Shown: positions 36,950-51,644 of the stretch, one piece after another
How positions within the stretch are numbered: the first letter of the stretch is position 1
Layout of the letters: each line of letters opens with the position of its first letter
NCBI RefSeq assembly: GCF_006345805.1
Contig: NC_043009.1
Coordinates: forward strand, 39,432,001-39,496,000
DNA from: Octopus sinensis
Taxonomy: Eukaryota
DNA: 64,000 bases
Direction: 5' to 3'
Translations under genes and position numbers: made by a program
Notes under the pieces: model-generated
Database searches by the model: none
The model's input: only the letters and a program-made list of their open reading frames with translations
Told to the model about the DNA's origin: nothing

Positions 36950-38110
36950 TTGTCGCTTACATATATGCAGTTTGGAAAATCATTGTAGCTCTCGACAAAG
37001 ATAAGAGACCTGCCTGATGCTGAAATTCCATGAGTGCTTTTCCATTGAAGCGAAGTTCAAGAAGTGCCTCTTACAAACCTACAAGTTCTTCAGGCACATC
37101 AGCAATTTTACACTTAAAGTGATTCACAACACAACTGACACCTTGTCAATCGAGTTCTTGAAAATAATCAGAAAACCGCCATTTGCGTTCGATAAGATTC
37201 CTTGTAACTGACTCCTTGATGTCACTGAACCTGATATCGTCACAGTCTTTTAAAAATCTTGCTAGTTTTGGAAAAGCGGTTATCTGATTTTGATCCACTT
37301 CACGGTGTCGGTACAGAAGCGTATATCTAAATGTTAAAATCTATTTTTCTTGCTAAAATTTCATTGATTCTTACATTGGTTCCCTTGAAATTCAGTGCTT
37401 AGTGCACTGCCATACTCGAAGATATCAGCTCAATTGAGAAATTTAGCACCCAGATGCAGTTATTTAGCATATTTGAAAGAGAATGTAGTTTTGATTCACT
37501 AGAAATATTTAATGTTCTGTTTCTTTTTTCTTCGCGATCCGCAGGACGCATTAAGCCGGAGCCTAACTCGGGTTCGTGGCGTATAAGTGACTGAGATTAC
37601 AAGACTCACTCTTAAGGTTAATATCCCGGCTATTTTTGAAACTCATTTACAGCTGAGTGAACTGCAGCAACCTGAAATGAAATGTTTTTTCTTTTCTCGA
37701 GAATACAAGACACCGTCCAGGATTCGAAAAGCCTATCGTGAATGTCACGCTCTAGGCACTACGTTATTTGTATGTACATGTTTAGTCGTCGATACCCAAC
37801 ATCCAGATACTATTGTGAATACGTCTAGATGAAATTCTATCTGGAATGGCTTATGTGCGAAAAAGGAAGCTTGAATATTGAACTTCTCCACCATTCTTGC
37901 ATGAATCATGAAACATCGACACAATGTATGGCTTCCACAGCAATTAAAATCTCTATTACGTCATTCACCACAAACATCAATTCTTGCTCAGGCAACTTCA
38001 CAACAAAAATTTGGTGTTGGATCACACAACGAATACCTTCAACTTTAGTATCTCCTTCTTTGCGAAAACCAGAGACTAACACTCCAAATAAATTCTTGGG
38101 ATTTTAAAAT
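36950..38110 (-). mobile_element. hAT (Buster/Charlie/ZBED5-like) transposase fossil
   Basis: IRCVIQHQIFVVKLPEQELMFVVNDVIEI (CxxH motif region), ADIFEY...FQG and NHFKCKIADVPEEL...LLELR; stops and a SINE insertion. Confidence 0.8.
37510..37775 (-). mobile_element. SINE family C, degenerate, inserted in the hAT fossil
   Basis: Minus strand ttcgaatcc..gttgctgcagttcactcagctgtaaatgagt matches 54010-54050. Confidence 0.65.
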
Positions 38111-38444
38111 ATATGCCAACAATCATTAAGACATCCATTCAAATTTATATTCTTAAATATTTTTAATGTGATACATGAAAAATAAATGAATAACAATATT
38201 TTATATAAAAAGTAAATTAGTGTAGCAAAAATTAAATATTGATTGTCTTTTTCAAGAAGTTTTTGGAATTTGCAATCATATACGAAAATACGTGATTGAA
38301 TTATAACTGTCGTCGTAATTCATTATCTTCTCTTCTAAATTGCCTTCGCTGCGAATAACCGAATACTTCCCGAGGGTTGTAAAAACATTATTCTGGAAGA
38401 GTAACAGAATGTGTGTGTATATATATATATATATATATTGCGTC

Positions 38445-38895
38445 CATTTTGGAGCACCGCCTTCAATCGAACAAATCGACACCCAGGACTTACTCTTTAT
38501 AAGCCCAGTATTTATTCTATCGGTCCCTTGTGCTGAACCGCTTGGTTACGGGTACGTAAACACACCAACATCGGTTGTTAAGCGATTGTGGGGGGACAAA
38601 CACAGATACATACATACATATTTGTATTGTTGTTATTGGATTAGGAAAAGAATTATGAGAACGGAACCAAGGAATAAGCACTGCTTTCCCAGGAATTACC
38701 AGGCACGTCAGCTAGTATATATATATATATATATGACGGGCTTGTTTCAGTTTCACTCTACCAAATCCACCCACAAGGTCTTTGTCGGGCCGTGGCTATA
38801 GTACAAAATGCTTGCCCAAGGTTCTACGCAGTAGCACTAAACCTGAAACTATGTGGTTGGGAAGCAAGCTTCTTAGCACATAGCCACTTCTCCAC
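38445..38895 (-). mobile_element. SINE family A with about 100 bp of extra sequence inside the internal microsatellite
   Basis: 3' half 38445-38610, foreign segment about 38620-38712, 5' half 38735-38895. Confidence 0.8.
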
Positions 38896-38924
38896 CTTTA
38901 TAAATATATATTTGTATGTACTGG

Positions 38925-39070
38925 ACGGACTTCTTTCAGTTTTCGTCTATAGTATCCAATCATAAGTCTTTGGTCACTTGAAGGTCATAGCAGAAGGTAT
39001 TTACCAAGATGCCGCGCAGTGAACCCGATGCTATGTGGCTGGGAAGCAAGCTTCTTAACACGCATCCACG
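38925..39070 (-). mobile_element. SINE family A 5' half, old
   Basis: gacggacttctttcagttttcgtcta..tatgtggctgggaagcaagcttctta. Confidence 0.7.
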
Positions 39071-39173
39071 CCTATACATACATACATACATACATACATA
39101 CATAAAATAAGGAAAAATAAAGGAATTCTCGGACGCAGACAGGCTGTGATAGCAGTTTAGAAAATAAGGTACA

Positions 39174-39245
39174 GCCTTTACAGAGAATCGAACACTGTAA
39201 CTCTCAAATCTTGGCTGAACGTTTTGCACCATTAAGCTAAGAGAC
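39174..39245 (-). pseudogene. tRNA-like pseudogene or solo SINE head
   Basis: 72 nt with A-box-like TAGCTTAATGG and B-box GTTCGATTC, followed by TTATTTT; the stems pair poorly. Confidence 0.4.
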
Positions 39246-39658
39246 TCCTATGTGGACACGAGCCTGTTCCCACGCATGCGTGTATTCAAAAGCTGGTATG
39301 TCAAATGAGATAGAATAACAATTAACCAATGATTACAACTCCATGAAGTCCACGTCTAGGCAAATTCCAATCAGGTATTAAACATAATTTTTTTTTCTCA
39401 GATTTCCGTCTGGCATTATGTACATTGGAACAGATTACAGACAACATATCCAAGAGTAAAATAAAGCAGGAGATTCGGTGACATTTTTTTATTGTATAAT
39501 AAAACATTTTGCAACAGAATCTCCAGTTCTATTCTGCTCTTGTACACACACAGTCACAGACGCATACCTACATATACATACATACATTTATAAATATGTA
39601 TAGATGTATATCCATACACACTCTTATACAGACGCACACACAAACACACGCACGCACA

Positions 39659-39698
<40 letters not shown>

Positions 39699-40264
39699 AC
39701 ACACACACACATTCATATATATGAGGCAATTTTTAAAGCGTAAGCTATATATTTCCGATTGATAATCAGTTCATACTGGGCATCAAAAATGTTATGGACT
39801 ATTCACAATATACTTTTTTTTAAATGTACCTTGGATAAGCGTAATATTAGTACTACATTATTTGTTTTTGTATTTATTATTTCATATATACAGTATAAAT
39901 GTTGTTCATTCAGTAGTTTTTCAACAGAAAAAAATTATTACTCTCTAAAATGTTCACACCTCACTTGATATAAAATTTTGTACAAAATAGTTTTACTCTC
40001 GTGACAATGAACTTATGTGAAAATGAAGAAGAAAAAGATAAGCTTTGAACAAGAACACGTCAACTGGTAAAATTCTAAAAATATACAATAATGCCGCATT
40101 TGTGCAGCAAAAGAAAATTTTTGAAAAACTATATACGCAAATAACAGCACAGAATGTCTGGCAATAAATGTAACTTATCGCTTAATGATTAAATACATTA
40201 AAATTTGGATCATGAGAAAACTGTCTCTCATGACGCATACATTACCCATTTAGCCATTAATCAA

Positions 40265-40660
40265 GTGCCCTGCCGGTGTCTAGAGGTCACTCGCCAAGGC
40301 TCTGCGGTACACAATCAAATGTTTTTGATGGACTCTTGCTTTTTTCTCCCCTCAAGTTCTGTCGGGATCATCTTCGGCAATGACTCGTGACGCATTGTAT
40401 GTTCAAAATATGATAGCTTTGTAGACTCGATCATAGACAAAAAGTGCCTTTACACTTTGAGGTTTTTTACTAGTGCAGCACTTGTTAACCTGTCTTTCAA
40501 CCTTGTTCTTCCCAATATTCAAACGAACCACATCTCAAAGGCTTCTATTTTTACTCCATAATTGTGTACAATCTTCACGTCTATGCTCTGTAGAGTATAA
40601 TTGGCATCAGATAACATTTTACTAGACTCGATTTTAAACACAGTGTTATATTTTAAGTGA
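40265..40660 (-). mobile_element. RTE-clade LINE ORF 3' remnant
   Basis: LVKCYLMPIILY..KIEAFEMWF..KLSYFEHTMRHESL..EGR, matching the RTE YGxETW / EAFEMW / LxYFGHIMR motifs. Confidence 0.8.
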
Positions 40661-40779
40661 GACATTTTTTCTCATTTTTCTCTATGTAGTTTTAATCTTT
40701 GTCATCACTTTGCAACATTAACCATTTATTGTAATTCATCATTGCTTTTTAAATTGTCATTTAAAGTTCAACCTATTTG

Positions 40780-41320
40780 AGATAATTTACCCACACCCTT
40801 TCAGCAAAGGATATGGTTAGGATAAAAGAAAACTACTTTAGGATTTGTGATCCTGTCTAATGTGTTGTGTGGTGGTTGACTTTTGGAAAGTATTCTTTTA
40901 AAATTTTCTTTTAACTTACCATTGGTGCGTTTTAATATCCAAAGATGTTATTCCAACAAGTGTTAGGGCATTCTTAGATATGTTTATTTATTACTTATGA
41001 AGTGTTAGGTTTTTTACAATGTGTTTTTTTTTTCAAGTTTAGCTTGTTGCTGCTGGGTATTATTTCTATTGAATCTGGCGTTGGTAAGTTTTGTTTAAAG
41101 TCATGATTAACTTTTATCTTATTGATTGTCTTAGTTGTGTAATAGGGTTGTAATTGTTATGTTGCCTTGTGGGATATGTTTTGCAAACATCTATAATTAT
41201 TTTGTTGAAAGTAAGTACTGCAGTATCTATATCGGCGATTGAGGTGTTGTTGATGTTTTTTAAAGTTAATTCCGTTTCTTGTTAGAAGTGATGGTACTAA
41301 ATTAAGTATTTTATTTATTT
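40780..41320 (-). mobile_element. Penelope-like GIY-YIG endonuclease-region remnant
   Basis: HLWILKR..ILSKSQP and FNKIII resemble PLE C-terminal motifs; heavily decayed. Confidence 0.45.
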
Positions 41321-44300
41321 TCACAAAGAAAAAACAAGAAACATTTCCTTTAAAAAAAGTTGGTAAATGTTATTTCGTTTGTTCGTCGATCTGTGTATGT
41401 GTGTGATTGTGTGTGGGGATTTGTGTGTGTAGGTTTGTGTGAGTGTGCGTGTGTATGTGTGATAAGTAAATGACCACACAAGAACTGGAAGTATATTTGT
41501 TATATAGCCGCAGTAGCTTGTCGTATGAAACAGCAAGAGTTGTATATAAACAAATGTTGTATTTAGCCTAGGGAGAGACGCATGTTTGTTCATTTGGTTT
41601 GTTAATGAGGTAGGTGTAAGATTCTTAATAAGACATATTTCATGGAGCCTCTTCCATTGGTTGGTCTATATATTTCCCTTACGTACATTTTAGAATTTAA
41701 GAGATCTATTTATTATGTTTATATATTCGCTTCCCTCATAATTGACACAGGAATGACATGTAAGGTGAAGCTTTGGGTTTCAAAATTCTGTGGATTATTA
41801 ATTTATTATCATTTTAATTATTATTGTCGTTGGCACTATATCGTAATATATTTATGTCGTACGTAATTTACTTGGTATCTATCGACTACTTTACCTCTGA
41901 CTAAAGCAGTTTCTTTAACTCTTTATCTTTTTACAGGGCCTCCAATAGTGGTAGGAACGAGGGAAAATTCCCTTCTACCATGACCATATCCTTTGATGAA
42001 AGGGTATCGGTAAATTACCCCGGATAGGTTGGACTTTAAAAAGTGATTTAAAAAGCAATGAGAAATTACAAGAAATGGTTCATGTTGAAATGTAATACGA
42101 AAGGTCTCAAAAAGGAGTCCTCGCCTAAATGCTTGCAACAGCAGGGTCTCAGCTAAATGCACCCCCAAGATGTCTCGGGGAGACGTTAAGCCAATTAACG
42201 GATTAAGCGTACCAGACATGTAGGCTATGGATGGTTATGAATTCAGAACACAAACAACTGTAATAAATACAGCAACACATCCGGCCCGACATTCTTACAG
42301 TTCCGTTATTCGTCGCACTGGATCTGTAATTTGTTTACCAATCCCGAACGGTTAAAAGGGAAAGTTTATCACTATAGGATTTGAACTCAGAGCGTAGTGA
42401 GTCAGAATAAATACTACGATGTGTTTCCTCTGACACTTGAACGAACGTCTTTGACGATTTGTTTTGCAATGCAGGAGATGTATGCAGTATCTCTGTCGTT
42501 CCTTGTCATATAGATTTTGTGACTTTGGATATTTTATATAGGTTTTGCGTATTTTGTGCTTGTTTATATATTACTGGGATATTTGACTTATTTTGTAACT
42601 CGTTTTGTCGTGAGTCACATTATTCCAGCTCTTTCCATATTTGATACTTGAGCACATGTCTACATTCAATGTTCTTTTGTTGTGATATATTTTAAAGAAG
42701 AAATATTATTCCTTGTGTACCAATGTAACTGAATCTAAATGAGATTTGGTTGCGATTTACAGTAAATCAGACAACCTTTCTGACTGAATACAAGACAGTT
42801 CTAACTACTGAAACAGTAGGTTATTTACATTATTTACATTGTTCTAAAATATAGAACTGAAAATGTATTAGTATCATTTCAAAAGCTTGTCGTATAACCA
42901 TTGATACTTGAAAATGTTCTCAAAGCATAATTGCATTAAAATGTTTCGGATTTATTCATTGTACAGCTAACCTAACAGAAAATAACAATTTCAATGAATT
43001 AGCAACACACTTATTTTTGTGTATTGCAACAGATATTTTAAGAAAATTTCCATAAGATTAATAATGGTATCAAGACTGAAAGCATGTAAGAAATATTCAG
43101 TTTTTCACAAATGAGACTGACCTAAGAATGACTCATTAGTATGGATGCGTCAAAAGCAACAAGATAACCAAATTTTCAACTTATAGCATTGTCGTTTACG
43201 ATAAACGTGGACTGGGTTTATAATGTTGTAATATTGAATCTATTTTCCGCCGAATTTTGATGCTCCGTGACTTTACTGTAGCGAGCGTATTGAATCCACA
43301 TAAATCAAAGTTGGCTTCAGTAAACTTTAGGCTAATAAAGAATTTGGTTGTGACTTATGCAAAGTCAGCCAGTTCCAGAAATATATTTATTATATTTCGA
43401 TATGTTTATACCCGGAAATGTATGTTCATTCAATTAGTTTGCTCATTATAACGCATTAAAGTGTTATTTTATATATATGTGTTTATATGTGAGCTATTTC
43501 TACCTTTTTCATATTCTGTTAGAGTAAATTCCGATTTTTAATCGCCAGGGCTTCACACATGTACTGTAGATATCTTCTTTGGGAGGCATCTCTTGATGAA
43601 AAAAAAAACACATATATACATAGTGATAGCTTCAAATAAAGCCATGGCTGAATATGTCAAAGAGCTTCAGCTTTGAAGTCAAAATATACATGTAGTGGAT
43701 TTTGGATTTTATGAAGTTTGATTGAATACAGCTATCACGTTATTTTATGTTATGTGTATATTTAATCCGGGTAAATCCACATTCGAGTCATTCTTCTTTT
43801 AGAATATGATTAATGAAGTACTGTAACATTTACGAAACCAAAAATGTTCCGTCAATCATATCTAGTTATCTTCATATACAAATTCTATATTATGATATTT
43901 CATTCTTTTGTATTTTCTCTCTGTCTCACTCCTATACATTCTCGCCTTGCCTCACTATCTCTCTGCCTGTCTCAGTCTGTCTTTTCCCCCCTCTCTCTCT
44001 CTCTCTCTCTCTCATTATATTTATATGTGTGTGTGTGTGTGTTAGAGTGTGTGTATGTGTGTGTTGTCGCGCGCGTATATATATATGCATATGTATGTGT
44101 GTGTGTGCACCTATGTGTATATATACGCAGAAAAACTAAGCTCAGAGAAATAACTCAAACCGTCATGTGGCATATTTTTTAACATAGACACCATAAGTAT
44201 ATAAAATAGTATACAACATAAATTCTTGAATTCTTACAACGAACTCTAGAGCCTGTGTCATAATAACCAAATGTTAATAAACACTCCCATAAGAGAAGTG

Positions 44301-44675
44301 GAGCTAATCTCAAATACAAAGTGTTCTCCCAAGTTGACGTATTATAAAGGAAAAGGATTGGCTTATTGTCTAGACATCAATGGACACCCATGTACAAATA
44401 TTTCTGCTTAAAAATGACATCAGATGACAATCCTACAAGCTTGTCTTCGTGGCCAAGGGGCTTAGACTTACACAAAACAGCTGAAACCATTTATGGCTTA
44501 GATAATTTGCATAATTAGCATAAAATGAGCATAGAGAAATAACCCAGTGCGGCTCGAGGCATGTAGTTGAACAACATAAACAAACATAAATATACCGAAT
44601 ACATTAAATCCTGGAGAGGATGTGTCATGATTACCAATGGCAATGATGTCAAATTTGATACGAGGAAAGGAGATA

Positions 44676-44981
44676 TGAAGGGGTGCTGAAAAGTTCCTGG
44701 CTTTGGGTAAAAGACAATACAAGAGGATCAGTTAATTGTGATTTTATTCAACCTAATTCCCTATCAGATTCATACACTTATTGCGGCAGGCGCAGGAGTG
44801 GCTGTGTGGTAAGTAGCTTGTTTACCAACCACATGGTTCTGGGTTCAGTCCTTCTGCATGGCACCTTGGGTAACTTTCTTCTACTATAACCTCGAGCCGA
44901 CCAAAGCCTTGTGAGTGGATTTGGTAGACGGAAACTGAAAGAAGCCCGTCGTATATATGCATATATATATATATAATATAT

Positions 44982-45014
<33 letters not shown>

Positions 45015-45349
45015 GCGTGTGTGTGTTTGTGTGTCTGTGTTTGTCCCCCTAGCATTGCTTGACAACCGATGGTGGTGTGTTTATGTCCCCGTTACCTAGC
45101 GGTTCGGCCAAAGAGACCGATAGAATAGGTACTGGGCTTACAAAAGAATAAGTACTGGGATCGAGTTGCTCGATTAAAGGCGGTGCTCCGGCATGGCCGC
45201 AGTCAAATGATTGAAACAAGTAAAAGAGTAAAAGAGAGAGAGAGTCCTTCATTGGGACTAAGCCCTGTAAAAGGACTCGAAAGTTTAGGACTCCCACCTT
45301 GACTTTCGTTCCAAACTTTAAAGCCAGGAACTTTTCAGCAGCCCCACGA
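44676..45349. mobile_element. Mariner-derived MITE (TA-flanked) interrupted by SINE A
   Basis: TIRs tgaaggggtgctgaaaagttcctggcttt and aaagccaggaacttttcagcagccccacga, each bounded by TA. Confidence 0.88.
44789..45244 (+). mobile_element. SINE family A, full length, young
   Basis: Near-consensus from ggcgcaggagtggctgtgtggtaag to gtaaaagagtaaaagagag. Confidence 0.95.
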
Positions 45350-45894
45350 TATGGCATTAATATAGGTGTTTATGAATATATTTGGCTAACTAAGACAGAG
45401 GAATCAGATTTCTATGAGAAGCTTACGAAACTTTAAGTTTCACGGATACAAATCAAACTGCTATTAAATAATATAAGAAACGCATACTAAACGTGTTGAG
45501 TGCCTCTTTCTTTCGTGTGTCCACTCACCTGTATGTATATATTTGTTTATATAGAAGAAACAAAGCTAAGTATGTAAAGTATACTTAACCTTTTATAAGC
45601 TTATGTTATAGCCTTGTGTTTCGTAGCGAAACTGCTTCACAAGTGTCTTACCATGACTCTTAAGCACTTGAGTAACTTATCTTGAATATATTGCTAAAAA
45701 AGTCTATATGCGTATTCGATCAACCGATTTTTTTACTTTCATACAAGCGGAATTTTCCTGTTTCTTTTGTGATTATCATGTGTTTGATCATGTTAAGGAT
45801 TAAGAAAACATTTTGGTCTTTTGATCTTTACAATCGCATTGTTACGTGTTCTTGCCCTACATTAGCCAAATATAAATTCCACAATGCTTCGGTT

Positions 45895-46088
45895 ATATAT
45901 GTGTGCGTGTAGTGTGTTTGTGTGTGTTTGTTTGTCTGTGCGTGTGTCTCAGTATACGTATGAATGTATGAATATACATACATTCACATGCACACGCATA
46001 TGCATACATAGATACACACACACATAAATACACATATACATACACACATGCATACGTGCATATATATATATGTATGTATATATATATG

Positions 46089-46130
<42 letters not shown>

Positions 46131-46265
46131 TATGTATGTATGTATATATATATGTATATATGTGTGTGTGTATGTATGTATGTATGTATGTATGTATGTA
46201 TGCATGTATGTATGCATGTATGCATGTATGTATGTATGTACGTGTGTATGTATGCATGTATGTAT
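45895..46265. repeat. Compound TG/TA/TATG microsatellite
   Basis: Direct reading. Confidence 0.95.
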
Positions 46266-46659
46266 GGTACATCCTGCGTGTACAGTTAGAGAAAATAATG
46301 CTATTGATGCTGGAGAGTTTGGAACTGCTAGTAGAGCAGTATCACTCAGGCTTGTACTTATCAATATTACCTGTTATGATGTACAGAGCAAATATAGGAA
46401 AAGTGTGAAAAGCACACGATGCAGTTTATACCATTTGTTCCCTCCTATAGTTTCGCATTTGTGGCTATGAGCATCCTCTGCAGTGGGCGTTCATAATATA
46501 ATGCGAAGCAGATCCACAGTGGTAGTTTGGAGAAAAACTTTATTACGTTTTGTTTATAGATGTTTATGTCAGTACACATCAATGTTTTCTTTGAAGAATA
46601 TTTGTGTTCAACAATAGTGAAGCAACCCGCCAAATAACTACTCGATACATCGTAAACTA

Positions 46660-47145
46660 CCGTCCATCAGAAAAGGTGAAACTGACAGGGAAAATGTTAC
46701 GCTAGATCTGAACAAGTGGAGAGGTGCTGTTAGGACTGGTTGTAATGCCCGGGAGGAAAAGATGATTCAGCACCCTGAACTTAAAAAGACCTGTCGTGAA
46801 TAAACAATTAGAACTGTAATCAACATTGGGTATGTATTATATGTGATCGTGTTCTGTTGTCAAAAGCAGGATACGTGAACCATAAGAAGTCACATGAAAA
46901 TCGAAATGCCCAGAGAAGTAATGATCTTGGACACCAACCACCTCTTACCACTTGTGTCATATGTCAAAAATCTTGTAAGACAAAAACTGGGCTTAAAAGA
47001 CATTTGCTAGTTCACAAAAAACATTCCTTCAGAATCAGATTCCAAAGAAGAAAGATATAGAAGAAACTTGAATAATATCTGTCACTTGCGTTTTGAAACC
47101 CTGACAGTCACCAGCTGGTCTTAAAAGTCATCTTAGGGCTTATCA
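46660..47145 (+). mobile_element. RTE-type LINE 3' remnant with three C2H2 zinc fingers
   Basis: ENVTLDLNKWRGAVRTG.., C.ICDRVLLSKAGYVNHKKSH, CVICQKSCKTKTGLKRHLLVH and ..SPAGLKSHLR. Confidence 0.8.
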
Positions 47146-47159
47146 GCGGAGAGATTGTA

Positions 47160-47680
47160 CCTTGTGATGGGGTTTGGCGTGCGTGTTCATGAGATTTGAT
47201 GCGATTTTCAAAGGCATTTTGGATCGATGTTAAGCCTCTGGCGACTTCTTTTCGTTTTAGGTAGAGGCAGTCTACATCACTGTTTATGTGGAAATTATGT
47301 GTGCTTGTTAGTATTTTTCGGGTTTTCGCAATCAATGGCTGAGATATCGTCAAGCGTCCAATCAAGCAACCCTAATGTTGGTATGAGTACTGGCACTGCA
47401 AACTCATTGTGGGCCCCTGTTTTATTGAATGCAGAGAATTCTGAGGTCCAAATTTTCTTTATTCCGCTGTAATATTCTTTGAGTCGAAATGCAGTCTTAG
47501 GCTCACAGAGGGTGGGTTAGGGTATTTCATCACGAATTATCAAAAGCGAGAGTTTTTCTCCACATCAAACCGCACTAAAAATGGCATTTTGCAGTTGAAA
47601 TATATACCGAGTGTATTTGAATAGATCTAACCGTTTCTTTCTTCCACAACATGCTGCTTCGTGTGCCTACTATAATACAT
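47160..47680 (-). mobile_element. R4/Dong-clade RT C-terminal fragment
   Basis: KEYYSGIKKIWTSEFSAFNK..HNEFAVPVLIPTLGLLDWT..KTRKILTSTHNFHINSDVDCLYLKRKEVARGL. Confidence 0.8.
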
Positions 47681-47791
47681 GCATATATATTGTTGGCGTC
47701 ATAAGAACTTTATAAGCTTTCGAGAGAGCATGAAACGATTGATTTGAGAAAATAATTACATGTAAATAGAAGGTTGGAAATAAAAGTCGAA

Positions 47792-47863
47792 GGCTCCCCA
47801 GGGATTTGAACCCGCATCTTTTCTATATATGACTAATCTTCTACCATTGTACCAAGGTAATCC
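47792..47863 (-). pseudogene. tRNA-like pseudogene or solo SINE head
   Basis: 72 nt with TGGTACAATGG (A-box-like) and GGTTCAAATCCC (B box); a T-run lies 6 nt downstream; the cloverleaf pairs poorly. Confidence 0.4.
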
Positions 47864-48579
47864 TTCAAATATACTTTTCCATGTTAGAAAGACACACACG
47901 CACACACATACACATAAGCACACATGCACATATGTAAGGCGGGTTTTCACAGAACGCAGTTTCTATTTATCAGATTCATTCACAAGGAAATGATTGGCCT
48001 GTGGTTATAATAGAAGACACTTGTCCAAAGATCGGTACCGTTCGGAGACAGGGGATGTTAAACTTAATATCGAGATTAATGATATAGCATAATCCTCAGA
48101 TGCCATTAGCGGTCTGCTGCAAAACATTTACTCCGGGTTTCAAATTTTATAATAATTCACACACTGCCTCCCATCAACCTCTAAGGCCTTCAAAATGTAG
48201 TACCATGATGGCTTCCACTACTCCGCGTGAGTAAGCGTTAGAAACATATAAATTAATGTACCATCGCAGTGTACTATTATGTAAATCTCCATTTTGATAC
48301 ATTGAATTTCCTCACGATACAATAGATATAATAGAGTAGACAGAATGAATGTAATGTTGCTGGTACAGTGTATATAATGAATACCGTACATATAATGCGT
48401 ATAACAATACAGCGTATATAATACATACAGCTGATTTAATGAGATATATTAAAATACAGTTGTCATAGTATATCAGTATGTCAATTCATGTATAAACAGA
48501 TACAGACACATTCTAAAACCTATAAATAATATATGTACGAGTATGTATGTGCATACAATTGTGTATGAGTGCGTGTGCG

Positions 48580-49390
<811 letters not shown>

Positions 49391-49916
49391 ACGGATGGAC
49401 AATCAAAAACATATGGATAATATAGAAGAAGCCAAATAAAATACCAAAGCAAGACTCGAGTATTTGATTAATGTTTATGTGTGAGCATTATGCATAATTA
49501 CATTTAAATATCTACGCTCATAAACAGAATTAATTAATACATTGTACAATATTTCTTTCTCATTATATTAATGATCATCCACACTCATAAAGAGAAAAGA
49601 TATAGGTCAATTTACCGTTAGAAATTTTCAATAACTCAATTGGTGTAGTGAGAGATTCTACCAAGCTTTTATTTAATTTTATTTTAAATATTTAAATATT
49701 GTCAATGATAGTCTGGCTTCATAACATTAAATTGCGTGGACTTTTGATCTCTGTATAATGTATGTAATGTCGTTTAACACACTGGCGTAAAATTGAAGAT
49801 AATCATCTTCATGTTATGGTCAAGGGATTACCTGGTGAACTGTTGTTGGGCTGTGGTATGATCTGAGCGAAAGGTAGCGCATGTAGTACAACATTTAGTA
49901 TAATGTGTCTCAAGAA

Positions 49917-50135
49917 CGCGGCGAGCTAGCAGAATCGTTATCAAGCCAGGCAGAACGTTTAGCGGCATTCAGACCTTCCTTACATTCGGAGTTCAAGTGA
50001 TACCGACGTCGAATTTATCTTTCATCCTTTCACGGTCAGTAAAAAAAAGTACCAGTTGAGCAATTGAGTAGAGGTAATTAACTAGCCCCACTTCCGCAAA
50101 ATTGTTGGCTTTGTGACACATTTTGAACCCATTAT
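49917..50135 (+). mobile_element. SINE family B, old
   Basis: gcggcgagctagcagaatcgtta..ctttcatccttt..agtaccagttgagc..ttttgaacccatt. Confidence 0.75.
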
Positions 50136-50204
50136 AACTTGATGTAAGAAAACTGTAGATGAGTCCTCAACAATGTTTCATTTTTCTGGCAGAAACATAA
50201 GCAT

Positions 50205-50395
50205 GTGGACAAAATTCTTAGCAGCATTTGTTCCGGCACTTTACATTCTGAGGTCAACTCCCATAGGGGATGAATTTGGCTTTTATCCATTCGTGGTCAA
50301 TAAAATAAGTGCCAGACAATTACCGGGTTCAATGTAATCAACTTACTTCCCCCGCTGAATCTGTTACCCTTGTCCAAAAATTCGAACCCATTGTT
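50205..50395 (+). mobile_element. SINE family B, old, 5'-truncated
   Basis: tacattctgagg..ggtcaataaaataagtgccag..aaaattcgaacccatt. Confidence 0.65.
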
Positions 50396-50535
50396 TATTT
50401 ATGTTTTTGTTTCGTTTATCTCAGTTACGGTCAACTTCTGTTAAATTAATTTATAAAACGTATAATGCAAAATAAATTGGAGAAATTAATCTTAAGTAGG
50501 TTTGACAATATATCAGCATTTACTCGTTACTCTAT

Positions 50536-50607
<72 letters not shown>

Positions 50608-51593
50608 GCGACAAATAGTTTCATTTTAGAACGAATAGCCTGTGGTTTGAGAAAAATCTGAATTGCCCTACCAACAAATAAGGAATCGTGATGTCTGAAA
50701 GCTACGTGACAAAGATTTGCAGGTCCAGAGACAATCTCGCTTGCTCTATCTCTGTTTGCATTGCATCTAAAATGCCGTGTTTGTTATCCATGGTGAGCAA
50801 CATGGATACTAATATGCAATATTATATACATCGGGTGAGCAACATGAAATGTTAATATGCAAATAGCTTCAGCGGCCCTAGCGAAGCACTCCTGTGCTTT
50901 ATGATCAAACTTTTCTCATAATTGTTATACTAAATGAAAATTAGACATTCCACGATGTCATTCTAGATGTCCTTATAATATAGTGGGATCAAATGATGGA
51001 GCGCATTTGACAGTACGTCTGTTCACTATAAATTTACCAGGAGACAGAACAAACGAAATAGAAAGACACCCACTAACAGTAAGAACACAGTAAAAAGGGG
51101 AGATAATACAGCATTTTCAGACTGTTACATTGCGACTTACATGAATCATTTCTCGTGTCGTATATCGATACTTGCATGTAGTGTTAAGGTATAACTATGA
51201 CAACAGAGGAGTGGTTTGCCCCTAGTTGTACGGTCAACTCTACGCCTGGATTGATTTAGTGAGTTACGGCTGATCTGGAGTTAGACAAGAACAATAACAA
51301 CGTGTCGCATTCAGGTGAAAAGAAATATTTAAGTTGGGATGGATTACCTTTTGGTGGAGGAATTGGCAAGTATTTTTCAGAGATCTAACCTTATGGGATA
51401 CTGTTCTTCATAAACCGGTCGGTCCAATAATGTATAATTTATTCATATTTTATGTAGAATCTAGCATATGATCTTTATGCACAATACTTATAGAGGCCGG
51501 CAATATTTATATAGATATACATATACACATACATACATATATATTATATATATGCATATATATATATACACATATATACATATATATATATAT

Positions 51594-51644
<51 letters not shown>

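Noticed and set aside
40205-40450. Apparent terminal exon (ESLPKMIPTELEGRK...) on the minus strand
   Set aside because: It matches the RTE LYFGHIMR..EGxR region; TE remnant.
41910-42020. Strong plus-strand acceptor (ctttatctttttacag)
   Set aside because: Downstream frames are short and unrecognisable; such signals arise by chance in AT-rich DNA.
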